Part shown: piece by piece, positions 13,635 to 24,994 of the stretch | Position numbering within the stretch: position 1 is the first letter of the stretch | Layout: each line of letters opens with the position of its first letter | DNA from: Bispira polyomma | Taxonomy: Eukaryota | Assembly: GCA_965649765.1 (NCBI GenBank) | Contig: OZ287750.1 | Span: forward strand, 81,096,001-81,160,000 | Length of the DNA: 64,000 bases | Direction: 5' to 3' | Translations under genes and position numbers: made by a program | The notes under the pieces: model-generated | Database searches by the model: none | Told to the model about the DNA's origin: nothing | The model's input: only the letters and a program-made list of their open reading frames with translations

Positions 13635-13851
13635 CATTGCTAACCACTTGACATCCAGGTTATGGTCAAACTTCAGATCCCTGCGGTTGCCCTCCACATT
13701 GGCCACTTGCTTCCATGTGATCTTTTTGGTCAGATCCTTTGCATTGTTGCCATAGGTGAATTCCAGGGTGGACTCGTGGTGCTTCCTGTTCTGTTCTAAG
13801 TCCATCTCTAGCTGCATGTTGTACTCTGGGAATTCACTGGTCTGAACGGCT
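13635..13851 (-). CDS. LLTP exon 15 (TAVQTSEFPEYN...KWLAM)
   Basis: 217 nt, phase 2-0. Confidence 0.88.
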
Positions 13852-14340
13852 CTGTGAACACAGCCAATGGTTCCGATGTTTACAATATTTTATATCAAGT
13901 TTCAGTTTAAAATTTAAGTTTAAGAGTTTGACAAATTCTACTCGTAAATTCATATTACTGTATATTACGTGAAATTTTAGCTGAAATAAAGAAAATCGGT
14001 AATTGACTATTTTTACAAAATTTCCAGGACTTCCTTTTTAACTCTTAAGTCTAATTTGCACTGTTGACTAAGTAAGTCCAAATTAAAGTCCAAATAAAAA
14101 TATCTACTAATACAGTAAATCAAACAGTAGCTTATTTATTTTAATTACTTACATGTTAACACTGCATCTCATTGTATTAATAACTCATTTACTTACATAT
14201 TAACACTGTATCTCACTATAATATTGACACTCGGTAACCTAAGTATTCACACTGTATCTCAGTGTATTTAATTTTGGTAGCTTATTTTCTTACATATGAA
14301 CACAGCATCTCACTATAGTATTGACACTCATTTTACTCAC

Positions 14341-14566
14341 GTATTGACACTGTATCTCATTGTATTGCCAGAGCTGCTGTCCTTTAGCTTGGTGTTAAGT
14401 GAAAACTGGTGCTGTCTGCCACCGTTGTAGGAGTACTTGAACTGAGTCCTGGAGCTTATTAAGGCATCCTTGATCACAGTAAATCCAGAGACTTCTGATG
14501 TCAGGATTGGGGAGGCAAAAGCCAGGGAGGTGCTGTAACGGTTGGCATTGGTCTTGTCGATTTCAC
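14341..14566 (-). CDS. LLTP exon 14 (GEIDKTNANRY...RYSVN)
   Basis: 226 nt, phase 1-2, TAG acceptor and GTGAGT donor. Confidence 0.88.
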
Positions 14567-15292
14567 CTAGTAGAAAAGAAAAAGAAAATCAGAAAATTTT
14601 GGTGAAAATTTGCATCAAATATAACAAGTTAACAATCTCAAAACTCTTATTCTAGATCTAGTGTGCTCTCAAGTATGTATAAGATGTATATGTAACAGAG
14701 AAAAGAGATGAATATATACTTTATCAATAACCTTAAATAGTGTTTAAATTGTGTAAAATTATATACAGGGTGCATTGTGCTAGATTATTGGCGAGTTTTA
14801 ATATTTAAAGTTTTTTTACTATACGACAAGTAGCTCAAACAATCTTATTCTGCAAAACTTTTATAATATTAAAATATTACTCCACTGTCCCAGAATCATA
14901 CAACAGAGACTTATTATTAAGGTAGATAATTGAAATCCAGTTTTCTAAACAATAAAATATTATACCTTTAAAAATATGGGTTTTCTGGTTTGTTTTAACA
15001 TCTGACATGGACATTTTGTTCACAATCTTATGCAATAAATACAGTAAGCGACTGGGCATTGGTCATTGGTGGCTATAGGCTTAAGGAGCACCTATCACAT
15101 GGAAACACAGGCTAAACTAATACAGGTTAAGCTATTGCATTATTGTCCCATTCACTATTATCAAATTTCTTCAGTGCTTATTTGGTAATTACATGCATAT
15201 CAAAATCTAAGGCACGTTTCCCAGTGACCTTTTAATACCAACTTGTGAGTGTGACTGGTTCCCTACAGGTAAACTTTTTAGTATGTACCCAC

Positions 15293-15981
15293 CTGTGAGT
15301 GTCACTGGTTCCCTGAAGACGTTGTCCAGACTCAGGTCAACCTCCATCTTATCACCGGAGATGTACTTCAATTTACCCATCAGTTTCATGTCTTCCATGC
15401 TGGGCAGAGTAACACTGACCGTGGGTGTGAAGATGGTGGTCTCCCCTTGGTTCTCTGTGGACAGTTCAGCCATGATGGCATAAACTTGGTCGCCGTCCAG
15501 TACCACCTTCAGGTTGGCGTTTCTCACTGCTGGGGTGTTGGTCATGGACCCGTCAATGGTAGCCTCCTTCCAGGGAGTCTGCAATGTCATGCTCAGCTTC
15601 TTGTCCATCTTGTCGAGAGTGTACTCAGCGAGGAAGCGACGGTTGATTCTGGAGCCGGGGGTGTCGAAGTAGACCCGAGCCACATCCACGATGGCCATGT
15701 CGGATCCCCTCTTCTCCTTTTTGGTTTCAAACCTAGCCTCAAACTCGTAGTTTGTGTGGGTGTCAGCCATCTCCATGGTGACGTAGGCATGCCTTGGTCC
15801 GGTGAAGGGGAAGTAAGGGGTGTCGGACTGCTTGGACAGAGGCAGAGAAATACCACCGCAGATCTTGAGGCCAGTGACCGTACCAAAGTTGTCACCTGTG
15901 CACATGTCCTTCTCTATCATATTGTCTGTGAGCATCTTCTGTTCACGTTCCTCCTCTCGGTGAATGATGTAGAATTTGGCC
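15293..15981 (-). CDS. LLTP exon 13 (AKFYIIHRE...PVTLT)
   Basis: 689 nt, phase 2-1, with GLKIC, PYFPFTGP, FDTPGS and LQTPWK motifs. Confidence 0.92.
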
Positions 15982-16644
15982 CTAGTAAAAGAGAAAAAGG
16001 GGTTGGCATATTTTCTAATACAGATACCGACAAACCTGTAAGTTATAATAATATGTAAACAACTATAAATTATCTAAATATTTTGGTTTTATGATTCTGT
16101 TGACATATATGTCTCTTTAATAAAAAATGATTTTACATTTCCAGCTGTAATGTGCAGGTTGGATACACTGACTAAATTTCAACTCCCCCCCCCCACCTCC
16201 ACACTTTGAACATGTAACAAGTACTGTATATTATTAACACATATCACTGTATACAGTAGAACCTCTATCATCCACTTCAGCTATCCGAATATTCAGTTTT
16301 ATGAACTCATTTACATTCTCCAAAATTCAAGTTTTCCTGTAAATATTTGTTTATGATGTAACGTCCTTTTCCATTTTATGAACCTTGTCTTATCCAAACA
16401 AACTGTTGCTTTCCCAACATGTTCAGATAGTAAAAGTTTTACTATTTTTTATGACAAAATAATGTAGCTACTGCTGGAATAACTGTTAAAACCTGAACAA
16501 CAGGGAAAATCAGAAAAATGGCCACCTGTAAATATACAAATGATTCCCTCAAACTATCTTAGTACAAGGTTTGTACCTTTTTGAAAGTTCTAAAACTTAC
16601 AAAACTCAAACTTAAGCCCACATACACAAAATTCCAGTACTCAC

Positions 16645-16827
16645 TCTACATTGAGGATCTCCACTTTCTCCTTTGGTACATTCAACTTGACATTCATGAT
16701 CTTGCTCTCTTCAATGGTGATCAGACCATCCATTTGAGTGGAAGAGTGCAGAGTGGTGACCATCTTGAGACCAGTGCGAGACATAAAGGCATCCACACCC
16801 ATGGTAGTGGCGAAAGTCACTGCAGCA
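16645..16827 (-). CDS. LLTP exon 12 (SAAVTFATTMGVD...ILNVE)
   Basis: 183 nt, phase 2-2. Confidence 0.92.
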
Positions 16828-17383
16828 CTGAAATTAGACCGGAAAATATGGCAGGTTCGGTAAAGATCATCATAAAATGTATCCAATTAAAGAAGCCTGT
16901 TTACTAAAGCAGCTTAGGCAAATAATAAATGACTGGTACATCTCCTAGTTCACGGAAATGTTGGTGTGATGTTTGTACAAGCAATAAGTTTACTTTGAAT
17001 TATTTATCATTATCATTTCATAATATGTATTTTTATCTTAGACTAGTAGTTATTGTTATCAATATGACATAGTAGGGATTTATATAAAATGACATTTTAT
17101 AGTGTTGAATTGATTATCAAGCAAAATTCTGCACAGTTTTTTTTGTATACCTTTGTAGAGGAAAATACTATAAACTAAGATTGTTCGAAGCTCTTTTTAA
17201 ACACTACACAGTAACTGAAGATACCAATAAACCAACCTAACATTACTGTGGATTGTGTGTTAACATTAGGCATACAAGAAATTATATACAACCAAATGAG
17301 TGTAAATTAGTGCATTAAATAAAAAATTAGATGCTAAAAGTGTGGACAATAAGAGTTTTGTTTACTATATTTACTATGCTAAC

Positions 17384-17724
17384 CTTGGTTTCACATAGCC
17401 ATTGACATCCATGCTAGTTGGCCAGGTACCAGTTCTACGCAGGTCCATCTTTCCACCAAGCTTCACGTCGATGATTGCAGTTCCATTGACGGCCAATTTC
17501 AGAGGCAGACCTGCCACGGTTGCTACGGTCATCTCGGTATCCAGGAAGTTCATGGACTTGGTGATGTCCACCTCATGGTTCTGGGCCAGTTTGATGAGGA
17601 TGTCCAGAATGTTAAAGTCATCCTTGTTGATGTCAAGACCCATCAGGTTCATGTACTTCAGTTCATCTCCAAACATCTTCATGTAAGCAGAAGCCTGGGG
17701 AGTGTGAAGCATTCCTGGGCGGAT
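17384..17724 (-). CDS. LLTP exon 11 (IRPGMLHTPQ...GYVKP)
   Basis: 341 nt, phase 0-2, TVAGLPLKL motif of the LLT beta-sheet region. Confidence 0.92.
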
Positions 17725-18330
17725 CTGATAGAAAAAGTTCATATATAGTCATAGTAAAATATTACAAGATATAGATTTGTTTTGTATATTGTAAACCACA
17801 AGTTTTATGCCATTTATAGTTAAAGAAGAAGTAACATAGAATTCACTGTACTAGATGTGGCCAGTTTGGGATTTGGCATTTGAATACATGATGTAAATCT
17901 TAAAGATAACAGTATACCTTAATGTTGTGATAGTAGGAAGAAGTACTTTAAAGCAACACATATTGAATACATCATTTTTACATAAAATGTTTGAATATTG
18001 CTTACTTCTTGGTATTCTAGAAATAAAATGTGAGAACACACAAGATATTTGTCAGCAATAGAATCAAAGCAATAAAGCAATGCATGCAGTTTACACTGAA
18101 TAAATTAAATTTTAATACAATAAATCACTTTTAAAGTTTCTTCCAATCTTTACAGTACAATAGCTTTTTTAAAACCCATTTGACTTTCAAATTGGCTTCA
18201 ATTTTTGCATATGTATTCTGATCCAATATGTTGCAATACGTATTGTAAATATATAATGCAATATATCGCAATACGATTTTCAGTTACAATACACACACCT
18301 AATAACCCCCTCCACCCCCATCTATTTTAC

Positions 18331-18885
18331 CTTATTTTCAACCTGGTTCAGTTTCTGCTTGATCACATCAGATATCGCACCCTCAGGGAAGTAGCCATGG
18401 GGTCCGAAAAACTTCTCTAAGTATTGTTCAACACCTTCCATACGTCCACCAACTTCTAGCAGATTCACAGACTTCCCGAACATGTCTACGGTCAGGTTAA
18501 GCATGGCAGACCTTGGTAGGAAACTGGATGGAGACCAGATGAGGTTGCTCTCATAGCTGGCTCCGGCATTCAGACTCTCCCAGAAAATGGAACCTTCGTA
18601 GTTACGACTGAACTTCCTCTGGTCCATGTTGAACTCCTTGGACAGGATCTCATCCTCGATGATGGCCCGAATTTCCTGCTTCAGTGGGTCGGAGGTCTCC
18701 ATGAGGTTGGTCAGGTGAGTCCAGATGAAGGATCCCACCTGGTTGACTTCTTCCGTGGCCAGTATGGTCTTGATCTGGTCCAGCAGAGTGGCTGATGGAC
18801 ACTTCTTCATCACACCAAGGTAGGCAGCAATACGGAGTTCAGAGTCCTCATCAATATCTCTCAGAATCTTCAGCATGTTCTCAGT
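18331..18885 (-). CDS. LLTP exon 10 (TENMLKIL...QVENK)
   Basis: 555 nt, phase 0-0, with ELRIAAYL, NQVGSF, FSRN and SFLPRS motifs. Confidence 0.93.
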
Positions 18886-19096
18886 CTGAACAAAATAACC
18901 GTAATATATGGAGTCATTATCATAGTTGTTTCTAAGTTGTGCAACAGTAGAAATGTAATAGCTGAAAGTTTTAGGCTGTTGTACTAGATGTAATGAACAT
19001 AGAATCCTCGGTAGTTTATTAGTGTCAGACAAGTTTATATATAAATTGTATGCACGATATTTATGGGACAGAAAGACTGACTACATTTGTGTAGGT

Positions 19097-19295
19097 TTTG
19101 AATTTGAATTTGGATATTTAAAGTACACTCTAGTACCTGTTTAGGTTATATTGGGACGGGTAGTTGGAAATGCTGGAGGAAACACTGCATACAGTTGATC
19201 AAGGTTCTGCACTGAAACCAGCGGCCCACAGTAAGGAACTACCATCTTTCCCACATAGGCATCGATGGGATTCGAACTCACGCCGCCCAGAGGTG
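19097..19295 (-). mobile_element. 5'-truncated tRNA-derived SINE (family A) in LLTP intron 9
   Basis: Near-identical to the 62290 and 54253 copies, B-box GAGTTCGAATCCC, (TTCAAA)n-type tail, 14-bp TSD ACATTTGTGTAGGT at 19083-19096 and 19296-19309. Confidence 0.92.
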
Positions 19296-20004
19296 ACATT
19301 TGTGTAGGTAATATTAGGGCTTTAATGCATGCCACATCTTTGAAATTCATAAAGTTAGAACTCAAAAGGTCACCGTATCATTTTGCCAGTTTTACTAAAC
19401 TAATTCTTTTGGCCCTTTTTCTATTCTATATTATTTTCATTTATTTTTTACTCTCTTACTTAATACTTTATACATGTCTTTTTTTTGCAATATACATTGT
19501 CCATGAATCAACAAATAAGTAAATAATTTAAAAAATTAACATTATATCTTTAAAAATAGATTCAAAACAGACATTTCTGTCTCAACCAGCCTTAAGTGCA
19601 ATTTACTACTTTAGAACCCTTTACCATTCAAGCTTCCATTATCCAAATACATTTAATTATATCTGACACCAATTCCAAATCTTCTGAATTTACATTTTCT
19701 TATTTATATCATTGGGTCTTGTTGATTCGAGGGTCTTGTTGATTCGATTTTTGCCGTTTTTCTTGATTAAACAAATGTGTTTTGAACCATTTACATTGCA
19801 AAATAATATTTTAATATCTCTAGATTAAAATACAGCCGAATTTTCGCAAAGAACGGTATTTGCAAATGTGAAATAAGCCCACAAAGAAGTGGTTAAAATT
19901 TGCGAATTTATGAGACCCAAGGCTATACCAAACTGCCCAAGCTTATGTCTTGAATAAGGGTCCTGGTTTTACACCCCTAGTAATTACACCGTCCATGTAC
20001 TTAC

Positions 20005-20157
20005 AGTCTCCTCATCACATGGCAGACGATGGAAGGCCTGGAGAGCAGATACTCTAGTCTCCTGGTCCAGGTCAGTATTCCCAGCACATCTCACCAGTGT
20101 ACCAGCTACATTAGCAGAGTTCCCAACGTTCCCAATGGCTTTCAGTGACAAGATGAC
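20005..20157 (-). CDS. LLTP exon 9 (VILSLKAIGNVG...PCDEET)
   Basis: 153 nt, phase 0-0, LKAIGNxG motif. Confidence 0.92.
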
Positions 20158-20651
20158 CTGGAGATTGTATCAAAACACATAAACTGTATTAGTATTTGTG
20201 TAAACCAGTCAAATTGTACTTGTATATAATAGTCTAGGTTGAAGTAATAATTCAATATATACCTGCTAATATATAAACTTTTGGGTGCAGAGATATATGC
20301 CATTTAATTCATTACTGAATAACATAACATATCTTGTTGATCTGAAATATGTACTAGATTGGGACAATAATAGTATCAGTGCTCATTGACAGCAAAGTTG
20401 ATTTTCACTGCACATGTTTATTCCACTTAATAAGGCCATTCAAGTGTGAACAAACACATGCAGTTTACCTTGAACATTGATTTTTACGAGGACTTTGATG
20501 TACTTAACTCAAATATCAAGTCAAGAGTTTATGCATGATTATTATCCCCCAAAAATATTTGCTGAGTTTAAAGCCTGAGTATACTTTTAAGGGTATTTGC
20601 TCCCTGGAGTTTTTATTTCAGTATGTATTTTTAAATATTTTGTCCACTGAC

Positions 20652-20825
20652 CAAATCTCTCTGTGCAATGGCCACTTTACAGTTGTAGCCGAGGTTCTGG
20701 GTGAGATGGCTGAGGACTTCCTTGACATCCTCATTGTTCTCACACTCGGTAGACTTGCAGAAAGTATGGATCAGGCTAGAGACTGGTAAGAAGGCATCAG
20801 TGTTCTGAGCTGTCAGTATTAAGGC
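20652..20825 (-). CDS. LLTP exon 8 (ALILTAQN...AQRDL)
   Basis: 174 nt, phase 0-0, CAG acceptor and GTCAGT donor. Confidence 0.88.
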
Positions 20826-21492
20826 CTGTAAAAAGAAAGTAGAGAAACCTCTATATATATATAAAATTCCTTTTGTTTATTCGAAATATTTGATTTGTTT
20901 TAAAACCATTTATTTCTTCATAATTGTTATGTCCTACTTGTCTTGTGGCAAATAAGGCAGTTTTCCTATTTTACTAATTATCCAAGCAAGACTCCAACAC
21001 CGCCTAAAGTGTTAAGTTAAGATTCCCACAGTTAGAACATCTACTATCTGAAATCTATTTATTTCAAATAGTTATTTGGTTGATGACATCATTTTTCAAC
21101 ATTTTTAATTTTCCTGTTGTCTTATGTTAATGTACCTTTTTTATTTTTTACAAATCTTTTATTATCCAAGCATTTTACCAGCCAATATAGGATCCTTAAG
21201 ACCCATCTCTTCACACTTGCTTACCCTCCATAGACATCTTTCTCTTTTCCCCAATCAAAAATTTGCATAGGAAACGGACAACTTTACTACTTTTTCAATG
21301 ATGTTGCACTTTAGAAGATGCCTGGAATTAATTATGCACTTTAAAAATTTCTCATATCAAAGCACATCATGATTCACTCAAGTTGTTATTTGATACAATT
21401 CTCTACTTTACATATGAAACAATACCAAAATACATCTATGCTAGAACATCTGTTATCTAAATTTCTATGTTCAGGTGAGAACTTCAGCTTAC

Positions 21493-21658
21493 CTTTGCTT
21501 GTCTGATCATGTCTGCGTTGGGTTCCTGTATAAAAGCCAGAGAAGTCAGCCACACACTGGCCTCCACTCCTGTTACTTCACCATTCTCTGTCAGCTGACT
21601 AATCAGAGCCACCGACGCAGGGGTGCCAACAGCAGGAACGGCATCATGGAAGAACTTC
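21493..21658 (-). CDS. LLTP exon 7 (KFFHDAVPAVGT...IRQAK)
   Basis: 166 nt, phase 2-0, DA-P-VGT motif of the helical domain. Confidence 0.92.
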
Positions 21659-21935
21659 CTGTGAAACAAAGAGGTTGTAGTATGGTAGTATTTAGACTTG
21701 ACCTATACATATTACAAGAGCTACAGATACAGCCATGCCCACAGCATCATGGAAGAACTTTCATTATTCCGCCGTAAATTGAACTTTTAACATTATTATT
21801 ATGTTTTGTCAGACCTGTGGATTCGAAGAATTTATTAGAATATTAGAAAAACGAAAAATATCCTCAAAATCAACCCAAGACTTAGTTTGATGCTATAGTT
21901 TTTTTACTACACTTAGATGGTCTTCATCAACCTAC

Positions 21936-22185
21936 TTTGCCATGGCACTGTTCTGTTGGCAGATCCTGCCTGCCTCTACCATCCTGTGGAGAGCGTTCAG
22001 ACTGTTTACATCCATCTGGCGCATGGTGTAGACAAGTTTGGAGAACATGGCCGGTGTCTGGGGTCTGATGTCTGTACTAGCGCAGATCTCCTCTAGGGTA
22101 GTCCTCACATGGTTCTTGTTACTGCTCTTACCTGTCGCACGCGACTCATGTTCGAAAATCAGGCTAACTCTTGTAGTGACGGGAT
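21936..22185 (-). CDS. LLTP exon 6 (DPVTTRVSL...SAMAK)
   Basis: 250 nt, phase 1-2, CAG acceptor and GTAGG donor. Confidence 0.9.
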
Positions 22186-22720
22186 CTGTGTGAAAATGGA
22201 TCCGTATATGGGTTATCGTGTAAGTGTATAAGGCAATAGGCAACAAGAAACAAGGGCTATAAATATTTAATACACAATTAAGTTAATTTAAGTTTAAGAT
22301 AGATCCATCTCCTTCCAATTTTTAATAGCTTATTTTTCCTGTGTAGAGATTATGTACTTATAACATGTGCCAGTTATCTTGACTGCGTCTCTCATGGCAA
22401 TGATAACGCCACAAGGGTCAGAGAAATTTCTTGACGCTTTTAACTAGGGAACATTATAGTTCTCATATTGATAAAACCGGCATTAATCAAAGAATGCTCA
22501 AAGTGCTCAAACCATGGTAAACAGTTAAATTTTTCAAAACAATTAGATAAAAAATTTCCTTCAGCAGTAAAAATAACACATTTTTGGAAAAAATTGTTGG
22601 CCCCTTAATCAGCATTCTCGTTTGAAACATTTAGTGGTCTTTACATGACATGACTCAGCATAACCTATTGGCCCTGTACGTAGCCTATACACTATTGATA
22701 CACTTTGTGGAGCCCCTTAC

Positions 22721-22916
22721 CTGGCATGACTCTGGTCCTAACTTCACTCTGGTATTCGAGTGTCTGTGTCACTGTCGTTCTGGCTCCGCTGTCACCGTTA
22801 GAGAAGGGTCTGAATACATGTGTCTCCTGGCACTCACTGCGCTGTAACACGCCTAATGTGCTGATGGTCTGCTTGCACTCGTGGGTACTCTTCAGTATGG
22901 GCAGAGACTGAATGGA
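22721..22916 (-). CDS. LLTP exon 5 (SIQSLPILKSTHEC...RVMP)
   Basis: 196 nt, phase 0-1, HVFRPFSNG motif. Confidence 0.92.
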
Positions 22917-23987
22917 CTGCAACAGGAGGGAAAATGTAGACAATGTATATACACTGTACAATGTATAAGTAGAAGTTTTTACAAGGAATTTGTTTTAGCT
23001 AATTTAAAGCTAATCAGCTTTGACAGTTAAAATTAATTCACAGTAAAAAAATGTTTCTATTTTGAAATTTTACTGAAAATTGGCCAATAGTGAAAATTAA
23101 TGCTAGTAAATTTTTTCGAAAATTTCTTCCATATGCTAAAATTTCAACAGATAACAGTATATAATAGTACAACCTTTATTATCCAAACTTCTATTACTTT
23201 TATCATATCATTTAATTGATGAACGAATTTTCAGACTCCCAAATTCGTGTTTTTTTTCTATTATTTCATGCAAAAATGCCTCTTCTATTTTATGAACCTT
23301 GCTCTCCAAACAGGGTCAGGGTTCGGTTAATGTTTTTCTCCCAGCAAGATACATTTTATGATAAACAGTATAAAATTAAATTTTGATTTAATAAATCTTT
23401 CATAATATGCTCATTTAAGGCTGTAATTTTCCACTATAATAATAAACCTAACAAATCTAATTATCTGTATGCATCATTGATTAGTATAATGCACTCTTGT
23501 ATGTTTTATCCGTCCATACATCGTCTAGAGTTCTATTATCAGCATAGACATAAAATCTTGTTACTTAAATAAGTGCATTCTGCAAAAACTAAAGGTTTAC
23601 ATATTTTACATTTGTTTTCAACCTTGAGCTAGAACCATATTGTATAAATAAATAGTTATTACATTGAATTTGTTCCAAAAACTGGACCACCTATTTTGGT
23701 CTTCTCTTTGAAGGGTCTTTATATTAAGTATATTTCACACATTTAACTATAAATAATTCTTCATAAATAATATTATTAATTATACTACATTTTTTTATTG
23801 GACAAATAATAATTGCTGGAATTTGATAATTTGATAACAGGCCTGTATCCACATGTGGTCTAGATATACATGCACTTATATTGGAGGTGTACCTAGCTAT
23901 ATAAAAATATAATAATTAATTTAGTTGATTTGATAACAGGGCTGTGTATCCAACAACAACATCCCCATACACATGTACACTACTTAC

Positions 23988-24140
23988 TGAGGGTACACTG
24001 TAAGCGGTTGCTTGCATTGAGGTGAAGTAGTTGGTCCTCTTAGTACAAGCCATCAGATTCTTGGACTTGGTGATAACAATGGAGTCCAAGCCACTCTGGG
24101 AGATCGCATAGTCAGCCTCGCATTCACCGCTGACGTCAGT
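23988..24140 (-). CDS. LLTP exon 4 (TDVSGECEADY...YSVPS)
   Basis: 153 nt, phase 0-0, completes the ETDVSGEC motif; too short for the ORF track. Confidence 0.92.
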
Positions 24141-24745
24141 CTGATGTCACAACAGAAATAGATATATAGTTATTTATTTAATCTTGTTAGCCCAAAGGTA
24201 TATAGGATGTTAGTGAAATCGTGTATTCGCACACTATATCAGTTATTATAGTGATCAATTGAATCTTTACAGAACATGAGATCATGCAGCAGCTTCATAA
24301 ATGATTTAAATTTCCTAATATTTTTTTTCAAATAACAATTCACTGTTTTTACTTTATACAAGGAAATTGAAGGGATTTCTGATAACTAAAGATTATATAA
24401 TACATGCATGTTTTTGTAAATGAAAACTTTTGATATTTTAAAATGTATGTTCCACCATTAAAATAATTATTTCAGATATAATCCATGTTAAAAGCCGCTT
24501 TACACTTTCTAAATATATATATATTTATAAAAGCACACAATAAAGGTTTCCTGATTTACAATATGCATTACTGTTAAATCATTTGTACAATTAAATACTT
24601 CCCTTTACGTACATGTAAAAATATTATATTCATCAAATCTTCAAAGATAACTATAACTATGTAAATGTTTCTGTATACACATATATTAACCTCGGCAGTT
24701 TACATAAGTTGGATTATAGTGTATTGCTTTAGAACTTGTACATAC

Positions 24746-24994
24746 CTCGGGAACCACAGCATCATCTTTAAAGTTGTCCATGGAGTTCTGGAAGGCCGAA
24801 AGAATACCCCGTTTGAAGTTGACAACCCAAATGGGATCATCTTCTGAGGCACACAGCTCCTCCACACGGCCATCTTGGAAACTAAAGCGCAGGGCGCTCT
24901 TCTCCACTGCGGCCTTGAACTCGGCGTTGTTTGGCGAGACTTGGCGTGACGTTACATCACTAGGGTGTAGTTCCTCTAGCGTGGCGTCCCTCAG
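24746..24994 (-). CDS. LLTP exon 3 (LRDATLEE...AVVPE)
   Basis: 249 nt, phase 0-0, WVVNFKRGILSAFQ motif. Confidence 0.93.

Noticed and set aside
14147-14366. CRISPR-like repeat-spacer array
   Set aside because: Eukaryotic intron, degenerate units of uneven length that copy the adjacent exon end, and no cas genes.
15447-16058. 203-aa plus-strand ORF
   Set aside because: Antisense to the GC-rich exon 13; no independent evidence.
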